Position numbers and translations under genes: made by a program
Shown here: positions 10,541 through 20,778 of the stretch, piece by piece
Layout: each line of letters opens with the position of its first letter
Numbering within the stretch: the stretch's first letter is position 1
DNA from: a virus
Lineage: Duplodnaviria; Caudoviricetes
IMG/VR virus record: IMGVR_UViG_3300022912_000005
Location: 1-64,000 of that record
Strand: one strand, 5' to 3'
Length of the DNA: 64,000 nucleotides
Notes under the pieces: model-generated
Told to the model about the DNA's origin: nothing
Databases searched by the model: none
Seen by the model: only the letters and a program-made list of their open reading frames with translations

Positions 10541-13387
10541 ATGGCAGAAAAAAATAACATATTTAGTAGATTACGAAATTTATTTACAAATGATACAATT
10601 ATCAGACGTAATAAGCGTGGAAAATTAATTGTAAAAGATATTGATTATTCACAACGAGCGTTGACTACCAATTTCATGGATAAATATAATCGAATTTATT
10701 CTAATTCACGAGTGTATGGTGGTAATAAACGTAATAAGATGGGTTCAGCATCTATTAGATCATCAATTAGACCGATGATTTATAGGGAATATGAATGTAT
10801 ATCAGGTGATACTATAATACCATTACCAGATGGTAAAAAGATGACTATGAAGGAATTGGCTGAAACATATCCAGACAAAAGTACTACATTTTATGTGTAT
10901 TCGTATGATCATAAAACTGATACAATAAAGTTAGGAAAAGCACATTCAGTTAGAAAAACTAAAACTGAATTGACATATAAAGTGACATTCGATAATGGTG
11001 AATTTATATTAGCTACAGAAAATCATCCATTTTTGATGAGAGATGGTGAGTATAAACAAGTACATGAATTGACAGAAAATGATTCAGTAATGCCACTATA
11101 TCAAAAAAGATTTTATGGTCATAAATCTTATAGATTTTTATATAATTTTTCAAAAGGATGGCAAGCTGAACATAAAATTGTAGCTGAACAATTTCACGGT
11201 GATGTGAATGAAGGTCACATTGTACATCACGTTGATTTTCAGAAGGAGAATAATTTACCAGATAATTTGAAAATAATGACGGAACATGACCATAAACATT
11301 ATCATTGTGTATTAATAAATAAAAATATAAAATGGGCTCCAGAAAATAGAGATAAGCAAATAGCGGCGATTAAACTTGCTAAATCTAAACTACCAACATA
11401 TTCTTGGGATGGTAAACGAAGTGGTGAAAATAATCCATTCTATGGAAAATCACATACTACAGAAAGTAAGTTGATGCGAAGTGAGAAGCACAAAGAGTGG
11501 CATAGATTGAATCCTGACGCTCAACAAGGTGTCAAAAACGCACGATATAGACATGATGTAACTATTGACTCAATATTAGAAAAAAGTTACGAATTGCTAA
11601 AGAATGATAATTTTAAAAAATATGAATTATTATCAGAATTGAATTGTGATAACGGTGTATTGTATGATCGATTAGAATCTATCGACATATCCAATTGGTA
11701 TGAGTTTAGAAATTATATACAAGCAACATTAAATCATAAAATAGTATCAATCGAACCATATGAAGTTGAAGATGTATATGATATGACAGTAGATACGTAT
11801 CATAATTTCGCAACAACAATGTGTTTTGTTCATAATTCTATGGACACTGATCCGATCATAGCATCAGCATTGGATGTTTATAGTGATGAGAGTACTGTTG
11901 GTGATGTGAATGGTGAAATGTTGACAATCAAAACTGATGATACAAAAATGAAAAAGATTCTTACTAATTTATTTTATGATAGATTAAATATCACTTTTAA
12001 TCTATGGTCTTGGATTAGAAATTTAACAAAATATGGTGATTTCTTTTTGAGATTAAATATTGTTGATAAAAATGGAGTTGTTGGAGTTGAGCCAATGTCA
12101 CCATATGAAATTGAACGAGTAGAAGATAGTGATCCTGAAAATCCAAATTTAGTTATTTTTACATACATGGATGATACGACAAGTGTATTAACTAAAAAGT
12201 CTGCTGAAGAACTACAAAATTATGAAGTAGCTCATTTTAGATTGATGTCAGATTCTAATTATTTACCATATGGAAAAAGCATGATTGAAGGTGGTAGAAA
12301 AATATGGAAACAATTGACATTGATGGAAGATGCTATGTTAATTCAACGAATAATGAGAGCACCAGAACGAAGAATATTTAAAGTGGATGTTGGTAATTTA
12401 GAACCAAATAAAATTGATGCATTCATGAAGAAATTTATTGCAAAGACAAAGAAAATTCCAGTAATTGATCAAGCTACTGGTGATTATAATTTAAAGTTTA
12501 ATGTTGACTCTGTAATGGATGATTATTATCTACCAGTACGTGGTTCAGATAGTGGAACTGATGTTGATACATTAGCTGGATTATCAAATGATGGTGCGAT
12601 TGATGATATTGAATATTTAAGAAATAAAATGATGGCATCATTAAAAATACCAAAAGCATTCTTAGGATATGAAGAATCATTATCATCAAAAAGCACATTA
12701 GCCGCTGAAGATGTTCGATTCAGTAGAACGATTGAAAGAATTCAAAAGATCGTAACAGCTGAATTGACAAAAGTTGCAATCATTCATCTATACACACAAG
12801 GATATGACGATGGTGATTTATTGAATTTTGAATTATTATTAACAAATCCATCAACAATCCATGAACAAGAAAAATTAGAAATATTGGAGAGAAAGTTGGA
12901 CATTGCAACATCAGCTCTTGAAAGTAATTTATTATCTAAGGATTGGGTGTATGATAAGATATTTGGATTCAGTGATGATGAACGAACAAATTTAACTGAT
13001 CAAATAATCGATGATTTGAAAGAGAAGTTTAGACAGGAACAAATTGAACAAGGTGGAAATGATCCTGCATATAGTGGTGAAAAAGTTGACACGAAAGAAG
13101 AAGAAGAGGAATGGGGTGGTAGTGAAAAAGGACCAGAATATGACAATACAGATACTGGGGAAGAACTTGGTAGCAATGACAATAAAAATGCTATGAAAAA
13201 TAGCGATAAGTTTGGATCGAGAGAATTCAAAAAGGGTAGTCCACTAGGATTATCAGCTGGATATAAAAAATCAAGAAATAAATCATTATTATCTATGTTG
13301 GAGAAGGAATTCACTACAAAAGATAAAGATACGTCAATATTAAGTGAAGATGCACTATTGAACGAAAAAAATGAAAAAAATAAATAA
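10541..13387 (+). CDS. Portal protein (T4 gp20-like) containing an intein
   Basis: YE/SMDTDPIIASALD, LMEDAMLIQRIMRAPERRIFKVDVGNL, DDYYLPVRG and LKIPKAFL gp20 motifs. Confidence 0.93.
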   Translation: MAEKNNIFSRLRNLFTNDTIIRRNKRGKLIVKDIDYSQRALTTNFMDKYNRIYSNSRVYGGNKRNKMGSASIRSSIRPMIYREYECISGDTIIPLPDGKKMTMKELAETYPDKSTTFYVYSYDHKTDTIKLGKAHSVRKTKTELTYKVTFDNGEFILATENHPFLMRDGEYKQVHELTENDSVMPLYQKRFYGHKSYRFLYNFSKGWQAEHKIVAEQFHGDVNEGHIVHHVDFQKENNLPDNLKIMTEHDHKHYHCVLINKNIKWAPENRDKQIAAIKLAKSKLPTYSWDGKRSGENNPFYGKSHTTESKLMRSEKHKEWHRLNPDAQQGVKNARYRHDVTIDSILEKSYELLKNDNFKKYELLSELNCDNGVLYDRLESIDISNWYEFRNYIQATLNHKIVSIEPYEVEDVYDMTVDTYHNFATTMCFVHNSMDTDPIIASALDVYSDESTVGDVNGEMLTIKTDDTKMKKILTNLFYDRLNITFNLWSWIRNLTKYGDFFLRLNIVDKNGVVGVEPMSPYEIERVEDSDPENPNLVIFTYMDDTTSVLTKKSAEELQNYEVAHFRLMSDSNYLPYGKSMIEGGRKIWKQLTLMEDAMLIQRIMRAPERRIFKVDVGNLEPNKIDAFMKKFIAKTKKIPVIDQATGDYNLKFNVDSVMDDYYLPVRGSDSGTDVDTLAGLSNDGAIDDIEYLRNKMMASLKIPKAFLGYEESLSSKSTLAAEDVRFSRTIERIQKIVTAELTKVAIIHLYTQGYDDGDLLNFELLLTNPSTIHEQEKLEILERKLDIATSALESNLLSKDWVYDKIFGFSDDERTNLTDQIIDDLKEKFRQEQIEQGGNDPAYSGEKVDTKEEEEEWGGSEKGPEYDNTDTGEELGSNDNKNAMKNSDKFGSREFKKGSPLGLSAGYKKSRNKSLLSMLEKEFTTKDKDTSILSEDALLNEKNEKNK
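10796..11836 (+). mobile_element. Contiguous intein (347 aa) with HNH endonuclease and NUMOD3-like motif
   Basis: Starts CISGDT, block B ATENHPF, ends FVHN followed by +1 Ser; HHVDFQKENNLPDNL HNH; GENNPFYGKSHT. Confidence 0.9.
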
Positions 13388-13414
13388 AAACATGTATTAT
13401 TTAATGAAGTATAA

Positions 13415-13423
13415 TATATTTAT
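13415..13423 (+). promoter_or_regulatory. TATATTTAT promoter-like motif
   Basis: Recurrent intergenic motif, preceded by GAAGT. Confidence 0.55.
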
Positions 13424-13477
13424 TATATATAGATTGTTTTCTATATATAGGATTAAATACATATTGGGAGCTAAATA

Positions 13478-14350
13478 ATGGCTAAAAACAGGTATCATAA
13501 TAAAATAAAAAATGCTGGATTAATCTTTGAATGTTTGGTACGTCAAACAACATCTGCAATATTGAATGGAGATGACAAGAATAAAGCATTAAACATAATT
13601 CGCAAGGGATTTAATACCCATCGTGAGCTTGGTAAAGAATTTATGCTATATAATGCAATTTTAAATTCAAAAACCATGTCAGATAAACGAGCAAATTATT
13701 TTGTTACTGAAATATTGAAACGAAGATGCACATTAGATCAGCGTACATTGAAGCGAGAGAAGTATAATGTAATTCGAGAAATTAAAGATACTTTTGATTT
13801 GAGTAAAATCATGTCATCTAAAGTAAAGGATTATAAAGTATATGCATCAGTATATAAATTGTTTGAACATTATGATGCGTTGTCACCAGCTGAACAAACG
13901 GAATCATACTTCAATGTTATTGAATTTCTTACAACTGATAAATCAATAGATAATTCATCATTACAGTCATCTCTTAATGAGAAGTTTAATAATGATAAAG
14001 ATTTGGCACATTTAACTAATAAACTTATATTAGATAAATTCAATAGTAAGTATGCTAATTTTTCAAAAAATCAAAAGAATCTATTAAAAGCATATATTAG
14101 TGGAGTCTCAAATGAAAATTCATTAAAAGAATATATCATTAAAATTCTACCATCATTAAAAAAGACGTTGAGATCACAATATAAATTAGTTGATAATAAG
14201 ATTGTACGAATTAAATTAAATGAAGCAATTAAATCGATTAATAAATTTTGCTTATTAGATAAGAAACGAAAACACGTAAATGACAAAACTGTAATTCAGA
14301 TAATGAGATATTATGAATTATCAGATGAATTGAAAAGGGTGGCAAAATAA
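13478..14350 (+). CDS. Hypothetical protein, head module
   Basis: Long intact ORF with GGAG RBS between portal and protease. Confidence 0.75.
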   Translation: MAKNRYHNKIKNAGLIFECLVRQTTSAILNGDDKNKALNIIRKGFNTHRELGKEFMLYNAILNSKTMSDKRANYFVTEILKRRCTLDQRTLKREKYNVIREIKDTFDLSKIMSSKVKDYKVYASVYKLFEHYDALSPAEQTESYFNVIEFLTTDKSIDNSSLQSSLNEKFNNDKDLAHLTNKLILDKFNSKYANFSKNQKNLLKAYISGVSNENSLKEYIIKILPSLKKTLRSQYKLVDNKIVRIKLNEAIKSINKFCLLDKKRKHVNDKTVIQIMRYYELSDELKRVAK

Positions 14351-14351
14351 T

Positions 14352-14618
14352 ATGACTGATGCACAAATACGAGAAATGATTAAAAATATATTATTGACTA
14401 CTGAAGAAGAAGAGGAAGTTGAAGAAGCAAATACAACTGGTAGTGTAGGTGGTAGTTACAATACACCAAATGCATTTTCAAAAGATAAAAAAAGCAGTAG
14501 AGTAAAAAAGAATTTAAAAAAGATGTCTAAAAAAGGTGGTGCAATTGAAGGATACGACTTAGTTGAAAAACAATTACGTAAATTTATTAGAAACGAACTA
14601 AATAAAGACAACGGATAA
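14352..14618 (+). CDS. Small putative prohead core / internal protein
   Basis: IREMIKNILL and LRKFIRNEL leader-like helices; YNTPNAF motif. Confidence 0.55.
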   Translation: MTDAQIREMIKNILLTTEEEEEVEEANTTGSVGGSYNTPNAFSKDKKSSRVKKNLKKMSKKGGAIEGYDLVEKQLRKFIRNELNKDNG

Positions 14619-14636
14619 TTTTAGGAGAAAATAAAA

Positions 14637-14951
14637 ATGGGATATAAAGTGGACCCAAATGACAGTAAAAAAATGATACCAGATGGTATGTCAACATGGG
14701 AAAGAGGGCAACCCGATTTCCAAGTGCTTTCTGGTAGTATAACATATACTAATACGTATAATGAAGTGCAAGCTGTAAATGGAAATGCTAGTGTGAAAAT
14801 GATTACCGTATTAGGTGATGATTATGCAACAGATGGTAGTTTCACATCTGGTGATCCTATGACAATATTAGAAGGTGATATTGTAAAGGGTCAATTTACA
14901 CGGATTTTAGTTAATTCTGGATATGTAATTGCAAAATTAAACAAATCGTAA
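14637..14951 (+). CDS. Hypothetical protein, possible virion component
   Basis: AGGAG RBS; beta-rich sequence. Confidence 0.6.
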   Translation: MGYKVDPNDSKKMIPDGMSTWERGQPDFQVLSGSITYTNTYNEVQAVNGNASVKMITVLGDDYATDGSFTSGDPMTILEGDIVKGQFTRILVNSGYVIAKLNKS

Positions 14952-14966
14952 TTGGAGAATATAAAA

Positions 14967-15578
14967 ATGAATGATAATAAAAATTTATTAGTAGATTGTA
15001 TGCCATTTCATATAGATACACAACAAATTAATGAATCAATTGATAAACATGGTAAGTTAATTGTATCTGGAGTTTTACAACGAGCTGATTCATTGAATCA
15101 AAATAAACGTGTATATCCTAAAAAGATTTTAATGAGAGAAGTTGACAAATATATGAAAGTGAATATTGCAGAAAAGAGAGCACTAGGTGAATTGGATCAT
15201 CCAGAATCAACGACTGTAAATCTATCAAATGTATCTCATAATGTAATGGAATTGAAATGGAAGGGCAATGACTTGGTTGGTAAGATTGAAATATTAAGCA
15301 CACCAGCTGGAAACATTTTAAAAGAATTATTCAAATCAGGAATAAGACTTGGTATATCATCAAGAGGTCTTGGTAGTGTTGAAAAACTAGCTGAAGGTGA
15401 TGAAGATGCTGTTGCAGTACAAGATGATTTTGAAATTCTATGTTGGGACTTTGTAAGTAATCCAAGCACACAAGGTGCGTTTATGAATCCACTACACGAA
15501 GGTACACGACATGATATTAAAAAGAACAAATATCATAAAGTTGAATCCGTATTAAATAACATAATGAGATGTGAATAA
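14967..15578 (+). CDS. Prohead protease (T4 gp21-like)
   Basis: NQNKRVYP, ALGELDHP, GISSRGLGS and DFVSNPS motifs. Confidence 0.95.
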   Translation: MNDNKNLLVDCMPFHIDTQQINESIDKHGKLIVSGVLQRADSLNQNKRVYPKKILMREVDKYMKVNIAEKRALGELDHPESTTVNLSNVSHNVMELKWKGNDLVGKIEILSTPAGNILKELFKSGIRLGISSRGLGSVEKLAEGDEDAVAVQDDFEILCWDFVSNPSTQGAFMNPLHEGTRHDIKKNKYHKVESVLNNIMRCE

Positions 15579-15586
15579 GGAAATAA

Positions 15587-15847
15587 ATGTCAGTATATAA
15601 AAAATATGTTAAAGAAATTTATGATATGAAGGATGACGTTGTTAAAGAAAAACAATTAACAGTATCAAAAGATATATTAAAAGATCAGTTTTATTTAGAT
15701 TTATTACCATTGGAGAAATTAGCGATGAGATCATATATCAATGAAAAAGTTAATTTATATGGTAATTGTATTGGATTTAATAGCTTAGATGCAATTATAA
15801 CAGGTTTTGAAATACCAAATAAATACTTAATAGAATATAAAGGGTAA
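15587..15847 (+). CDS. Hypothetical protein
   Basis: ORF with AAGGA RBS in operon. Confidence 0.6.
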   Translation: MSVYKKYVKEIYDMKDDVVKEKQLTVSKDILKDQFYLDLLPLEKLAMRSYINEKVNLYGNCIGFNSLDAIITGFEIPNKYLIEYKG

Positions 15848-15852
15848 AAACA

Positions 15853-16155
15853 ATGGGGAAAACAGAGATGAGTAGATCAGTAAGAACGTTTTTAATAGTG
15901 GGTGCTTTTGTCATTTCACTAGGTAGTATATTAAATAGTGGATACTCGGTTAAATACGGAGTGGATGAGAATCGAAAAGCAATAGGTGAATTAACCAAAG
16001 TAGTGGATGCTAATAAAGCTAATATTGATGAAATGGAAGATGAAATGGAAAATGTTAAGGATGCAATTGCGAAAGATATAAGCGTAATTAAAAGTGCTAT
16101 AGTACAAATACAAACACACTTGGATATAAAAAATCCAATTAGATTTGACGATTAA
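15853..16155 (+). CDS. Single-TM coiled-coil protein
   Basis: Hydrophobic FLIVGAFVISLGSIL followed by heptad pattern. Confidence 0.6.
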   Translation: MGKTEMSRSVRTFLIVGAFVISLGSILNSGYSVKYGVDENRKAIGELTKVVDANKANIDEMEDEMENVKDAIAKDISVIKSAIVQIQTHLDIKNPIRFDD

Positions 16156-16164
16156 TATAAAGAT

Positions 16165-16599
16165 ATGCCAGCTAAATCAAAACAACAACAGAAATTCTTT
16201 GCAATTGTAAAAGATGTGCAGAGTGGAAAACGAAAAGCATCATCAGTAACTAAAGATGTTAAGGATGCCGCCAATGATACTAAAAAAGCAGATGTAGAAG
16301 ATTTCGTAACAACTAAAACAAAGAGCCTACCGAAGAAAGTTAAGAAAGATGAAGAGTATATACGGAAATTTATACAAAGTGTCTTATTGAGTGAAGCTGG
16401 GCTCTCAGATGGTGATGTAATAGTACCTGGTGTTGGTAAATATTCATATAAATCATTAAAGCGAAATGTTGAAAATAAACTAACTGATATGCTCAAGAAA
16501 ATAAAACAAGATGATTATAGTAGATTAAATAAAAGACAATTTGATCTATTATTCACATTATGGTCAGCATTAGCAAAATATGTAGAAGATCAAAAATAG
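16165..16599 (+). CDS. Hypothetical protein (MPAKSKQQQKFF N-terminus), putative internal head protein
   Basis: Basic N-terminal module, internal leader-like IRKFIQSVLLSE, then a second module. Confidence 0.6.
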   Translation: MPAKSKQQQKFFAIVKDVQSGKRKASSVTKDVKDAANDTKKADVEDFVTTKTKSLPKKVKKDEEYIRKFIQSVLLSEAGLSDGDVIVPGVGKYSYKSLKRNVENKLTDMLKKIKQDDYSRLNKRQFDLLFTLWSALAKYVEDQK

Positions 16600-16603
16600 A
16601 AAT

Positions 16604-17815
16604 ATGAAATTACGTGAATTTAAAAGTGATTTAAAGAAACAATGCATTGTGTTAATGGGACTACCAGCCGCTGGTAAATCAACTTTTATTGAAACTGATA
16701 TAAAGAAATATTTCTCTGGATTTAGTGGTTATAAAACAGTAAATTCGGATGTTACTATTGGTAAATTTCAATATGAAGTTGCAACTAATCATTATAAATA
16801 TTTATTAGGTACTAGTAGTGATCATGAAGTATTAGAATTCAGTAAAAACGCAAATTATACAACAAATCAAGGTAAAGAAGTTGACCATCCAATAACTGCT
16901 AAATGGTGGAATGATAATAAGGATAAAGGAATTAAATTTTTTTATAAAACATTTAAACCACCATATTATACTAATTATTTTGATATACGATCATTTGCTA
17001 AAGCTGAATCTGCTATTACATTTGATACTAAAATAAAGAAAGCTGGAAACTTTCTAATTGTTGATACTACAGCGGCACACCCAGGACCATTATTGAAAAA
17101 AATAAAACAGATTAAAGCAGATGGGTTTAATGTAACAGTGATATATTTAAGAATAAATCCAAAATATTCAATTGCACGAGATGTATATAGAGGAAAGAAT
17201 CAAGGTAGAACTGTAGGTGCTGATGTTATACTTGGATATGTATTGAAGATGAAAAATGCGATATCATCATATGAGAGTGAAGGTAGTGCTAAAGATGGTG
17301 TTATTGATAGAATAATGATTTTTGATTGGTCTGGTAAAGCTGACCCAAGATATGGTAAATGGGTAAAAAAGAGTGATGTTAGATATTCATTGAAACGAGA
17401 TACTAGGAAAGAAAATAAGAATATGGATGAATCAAAATTAAGAAAAATTATAAGAGAAGAAATTCAAAAATTAAATGAGATTGTACCATATTCAACACCA
17501 GAGGCACAGCGATTATCAGCAAATAGGGTGACTGAATTTGCAACAATGTTAAATAAAACTGAACTTAAAATAAAGAGACTAATGGCGAGTGATATTGTAC
17601 AAGGAGCGTATGATTTTTTTGATGTTATTACGAGTTCATCTTCAGGTAAAGTAAAAGGTACTAGAGATGAGATGAAAATGATTCAAGATATTGCAAATTC
17701 AAAAGAAATTGAAACTATATCAAGAAAAAAACATGGTGGTAGAAAAGGAAATTTTGATCGAATAGGAGCACAAAAATCAAATGTTAAAGGTCAACGAGGG
17801 GGATCAATCAGATGA
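16604..17815 (+). CDS. P-loop kinase (zeta-toxin/AAA_33-like) fused to an internal leader cassette
   Basis: GLPAAGKST Walker A, IVDTT Walker B, lid R...GRTV; internal MDESKLRKIIREEIQKLNE at 17423. Confidence 0.65.
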   Translation: MKLREFKSDLKKQCIVLMGLPAAGKSTFIETDIKKYFSGFSGYKTVNSDVTIGKFQYEVATNHYKYLLGTSSDHEVLEFSKNANYTTNQGKEVDHPITAKWWNDNKDKGIKFFYKTFKPPYYTNYFDIRSFAKAESAITFDTKIKKAGNFLIVDTTAAHPGPLLKKIKQIKADGFNVTVIYLRINPKYSIARDVYRGKNQGRTVGADVILGYVLKMKNAISSYESEGSAKDGVIDRIMIFDWSGKADPRYGKWVKKSDVRYSLKRDTRKENKNMDESKLRKIIREEIQKLNEIVPYSTPEAQRLSANRVTEFATMLNKTELKIKRLMASDIVQGAYDFFDVITSSSSGKVKGTRDEMKMIQDIANSKEIETISRKKHGGRKGNFDRIGAQKSNVKGQRGGSIR

Positions 17816-18102
17816 ATAAAATAAGAATTAAAGAAGTTCATAAGTGGATGAAAACATTGGAAGAAAACAAATATAAAAAAATATATAATTCTGATGTAAG
17901 ACGTGTGACGTGGTTCGTAAATAATAATATGTCAGAAGATTATGAATCAATGCCAAAATCAGTGAAACGAAAACGAACTGAATCAAAATATGGTAGAGAA
18001 CGATATCTAGCCAAGAAGTTTCTGGAACACAAAACATCAGAAGAAAAATTAAGAAATACAATTAGAGAAGCAATTCGAAAATTGATCGGAGAAACAAAAT
18101 GA
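17812..18102 (+). CDS. Hypothetical protein with C-terminal leader-like helix
   Basis: Ends EEKLRNTIREAIRKLIGETK. Confidence 0.65.
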   Translation: MNKIRIKEVHKWMKTLEENKYKKIYNSDVRRVTWFVNNNMSEDYESMPKSVKRKRTESKYGRERYLAKKFLEHKTSEEKLRNTIREAIRKLIGETK

Positions 18103-18650
18103 TTAAATTAAAGAAAATAATAAACGAATCCTTTTCACTGGATGACGATAAACCAAAAATTGATAAGAAAAAAGTCATGGAAAGTGTATCTATGTATTCT
18201 GAATTAGGTAAATCTATATATAGAGAACAGAGCATTATGGAAGTTGCATCTCAATTGGTAGAAGTTATGGATGGTGCAAAAGGTCATATATTGGCTGAAA
18301 CTGATGCAGATTGGTTTGACAAAGTATCAATAAATCGAAATATGAAAACGATGGATAAACATGTTACAGAGTTTAAAAAGACTGCCAAAGATGCACATTC
18401 ATTGCAAGAACGAATGGTTGATTTATATGAGAATATAGGATTCACTTTGGGAAAATATTATGATATCAAAGAATTAAAAAAAGATGATGAAGATGACGGC
18501 AAAATCAATGAGGATTATGCAGATGACTTCAAAGCATTAATGAAAAAGTATAATATCACATCACCAAATCAATTAAAAGGTGACAATAAAAAGAAATTCT
18601 TTGATGAAGCTGACGCAATCAAAGATGCTGGTGAAAACGAAACTGATTAA
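18099..18650 (+). CDS. Hypothetical protein with short leader, putative prohead core protein
   Basis: MIKLKKIINE start; internal INE site before a small C-terminal domain. Confidence 0.65.
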   Translation: MIKLKKIINESFSLDDDKPKIDKKKVMESVSMYSELGKSIYREQSIMEVASQLVEVMDGAKGHILAETDADWFDKVSINRNMKTMDKHVTEFKKTAKDAHSLQERMVDLYENIGFTLGKYYDIKELKKDDEDDGKINEDYADDFKALMKKYNITSPNQLKGDNKKKFFDEADAIKDAGENETD

Positions 18651-18665
18651 CTGGAGATTAATAAG

Positions 18666-18965
18666 ATGAAATTAACAGAAACAAAATTAAGAAAGATCAT
18701 TAAAGAAGAAATAAAAAGTATTCTCATAGAAGGTAATAGACCATTACATCAAATTGCTCGTGAGATTTCACAAGATTGGAAAAAAGTAAATTATGCGGCA
18801 AAACCATATTTAGAAGCAATGTCTACATTGGATTCAATTAAGGATAACTATTACATGGATTCAGGATTATCGATTGTGGCATACTTTTTATCTAATGCAT
18901 CAACTTGGCGTGGTGAAAAAGCGAAGATGATTAAAAAAGAACTTAAAGGTATGATGAAAGGATGA
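18666..18965 (+). CDS. Leader-family protein
   Basis: MKLTETKLRKIIKEEIKSILIE + cargo RPLHQIAREI...FLSNASTWRGE. Confidence 0.85.
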   Translation: MKLTETKLRKIIKEEIKSILIEGNRPLHQIAREISQDWKKVNYAAKPYLEAMSTLDSIKDNYYMDSGLSIVAYFLSNASTWRGEKAKMIKKELKGMMKG

Positions 18966-18977
18966 TAAAGAAATAAA

Positions 18978-19460
18978 ATGAAACTAACAGAATCAAAATT
19001 AAGAAAACTTATTCGAGAAGAGTTGTTAAAAGAAGTTGGCTATCCTCGTGCTAAAAAATATTCAGATGCTGATTTTTATGATCATAAATCTAAAAATCGA
19101 TCAGATTCAGATATACAACTGAAATTTCCAGATGTATATAAATTTACTGTAAAAATGGCATCTGGTATTTTTGACTATGATATGCGATTTAAAGTATATT
19201 CAACTAAACCGTGGAAAAAGGGTGATGCTATAAAATTTCAAAAATTCCTTATTGGACCTAAGGGTGGACCTAAAGACGTAGGATTTAAAGAATTTACTAG
19301 TTCAGCGTTAAAGGGTAAAGATATTGAGGGTTGGAAAATGTATTTTATCACGTGGATCATTGATTATGAAGCTCGGGACCGCTTTAAACCTAAAGATCAA
19401 CAATATGCTGGAAAGAATAAAGTTGGTAAATATAAAAGAAATAAAGGATACCTACATTAA
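18978..19460 (+). CDS. Leader-family protein
   Basis: MKLTESKLRKLIREELLKE + unique cargo. Confidence 0.85.
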   Translation: MKLTESKLRKLIREELLKEVGYPRAKKYSDADFYDHKSKNRSDSDIQLKFPDVYKFTVKMASGIFDYDMRFKVYSTKPWKKGDAIKFQKFLIGPKGGPKDVGFKEFTSSALKGKDIEGWKMYFITWIIDYEARDRFKPKDQQYAGKNKVGKYKRNKGYLH

Positions 19461-19486
19461 ATATATAAAGAATTGGAAATAAAAAT

Positions 19487-19777
19487 ATGAAATTAACAGA
19501 AACAAAACTAAGAAAACTTATTCGAGAATATCTTCATCAGTTGAATGAAACTGATTCAACTTTATCGTTTATAGGTAATATAGCAAAATCTAAATCATTG
19601 ATGAACATGGGTGATGATTTAAAATCAAAATTTGGTAAAAATAATGTTGATTTTTCATTACGACCAGAGGCACATTATACTATAAAATATAAAGGTAAGA
19701 AGATTGTAATTATAAATAAAAAATATGCAGATGGGGCTGATTTAGTGGTTGGTCAGATCGCAGTGGGGTATATGTAA
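19487..19777 (+). CDS. Leader-family protein
   Basis: MKLTETKLRKLIREYLHQLNE + unique cargo. Confidence 0.85.
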   Translation: MKLTETKLRKLIREYLHQLNETDSTLSFIGNIAKSKSLMNMGDDLKSKFGKNNVDFSLRPEAHYTIKYKGKKIVIINKKYADGADLVVGQIAVGYM

Positions 19778-19778
19778 A

Positions 19779-20060
19779 ATGAAACTAACAGAATCAAAAT
19801 TAAGAAAACTCATTAAAGAAGAACTATTGAAAGAAGGTGGTGATATAGGCACTTTAGAAAATGCACGATATCATATAAATGAATTAATACGTGATACAAT
19901 TTCAGCAGTAAATTCAGAGAATTTTTCAGGTGATGATGAAGGACATTCACAAGCAAAAGAAATTACGAAGGATTTGAAAATGCTTCGAAAAAAAGTAGAT
20001 GGTATATTTAAGAAATATAATCAAAATGAAAAACTTTGGTTCAGGAGTGTGGAGACATAA
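19779..20060 (+). CDS. Leader-family protein
   Basis: MKLTESKLRKLIKEELLKE; start re-assigned to the leader Met. Confidence 0.85.
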   Translation: MKLTESKLRKLIKEELLKEGGDIGTLENARYHINELIRDTISAVNSENFSGDDEGHSQAKEITKDLKMLRKKVDGIFKKYNQNEKLWFRSVET

Positions 20061-20064
20061 AATT

Positions 20065-20379
20065 ATGAAATTAGTAAAACTTATTCAAAATGAAGTATTA
20101 ACTGAATCTAATACTACAGTAGATGCATCAATGATATCAAAAATTAAAAATTATACAAAACATAATAATCATACTAAAGCACGAGCTATAATTGCAAATG
20201 ATATATTGAAAAATAAGAAATTATATAAATTTTATATTGCAATACATGATATTAATGAGTATTTTGGACATTCACCACCCGAACTATTAACGTTACGACG
20301 TAATGTTGATGATCTTCATTTAAAGGCTCAATTAAAACAAAAAATTGAAAATTGGAAAGAAGTGTGGGGAGCAATATAA
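20065..20379 (+). CDS. Short-leader protein
   Basis: MKLVKLIQNEVLTE + cargo; start re-assigned. Confidence 0.7.
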   Translation: MKLVKLIQNEVLTESNTTVDASMISKIKNYTKHNNHTKARAIIANDILKNKKLYKFYIAIHDINEYFGHSPPELLTLRRNVDDLHLKAQLKQKIENWKEVWGAI

Positions 20380-20381
20380 AA

Positions 20382-20759
20382 ATGAAACTTACAGAATCAA
20401 AATTAAGACAAATCATTAAAGAAGAGATTCAAAATTTAAATGAAAGTTGGACTGAAAAATCATTAAAGAAAAAAATGGACCTTGCAAATAAATATATCAA
20501 AAAATCACAAAAAGACAATATATCAGCAATTGAAACAGATAGTACTTGGGAAGAAGTATATGATTTTGAATTGATTACACTGAAAGGTAATTTTATATTT
20601 TTTAGCTATAAAGAACCATATAATAGTAAAAAACTCAAAAAGGAACGATTTAGTTGGAAACGAGAAGATATGACAGAAGATATTAAGTATATGTTCCAAT
20701 GGGTAATTAAAACAATCAAAAAAGGTTATCGATCAGAAGGTCAAAAGATACAATTTTAA
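20382..20759 (+). CDS. Leader-family protein
   Basis: MKLTESKLRQIIKEEIQNLNE; GGAG RBS upstream. Confidence 0.85.
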   Translation: MKLTESKLRQIIKEEIQNLNESWTEKSLKKKMDLANKYIKKSQKDNISAIETDSTWEEVYDFELITLKGNFIFFSYKEPYNSKKLKKERFSWKREDMTEDIKYMFQWVIKTIKKGYRSEGQKIQF

Positions 20760-20778
20760 GACATAAACAAGAGGAATA

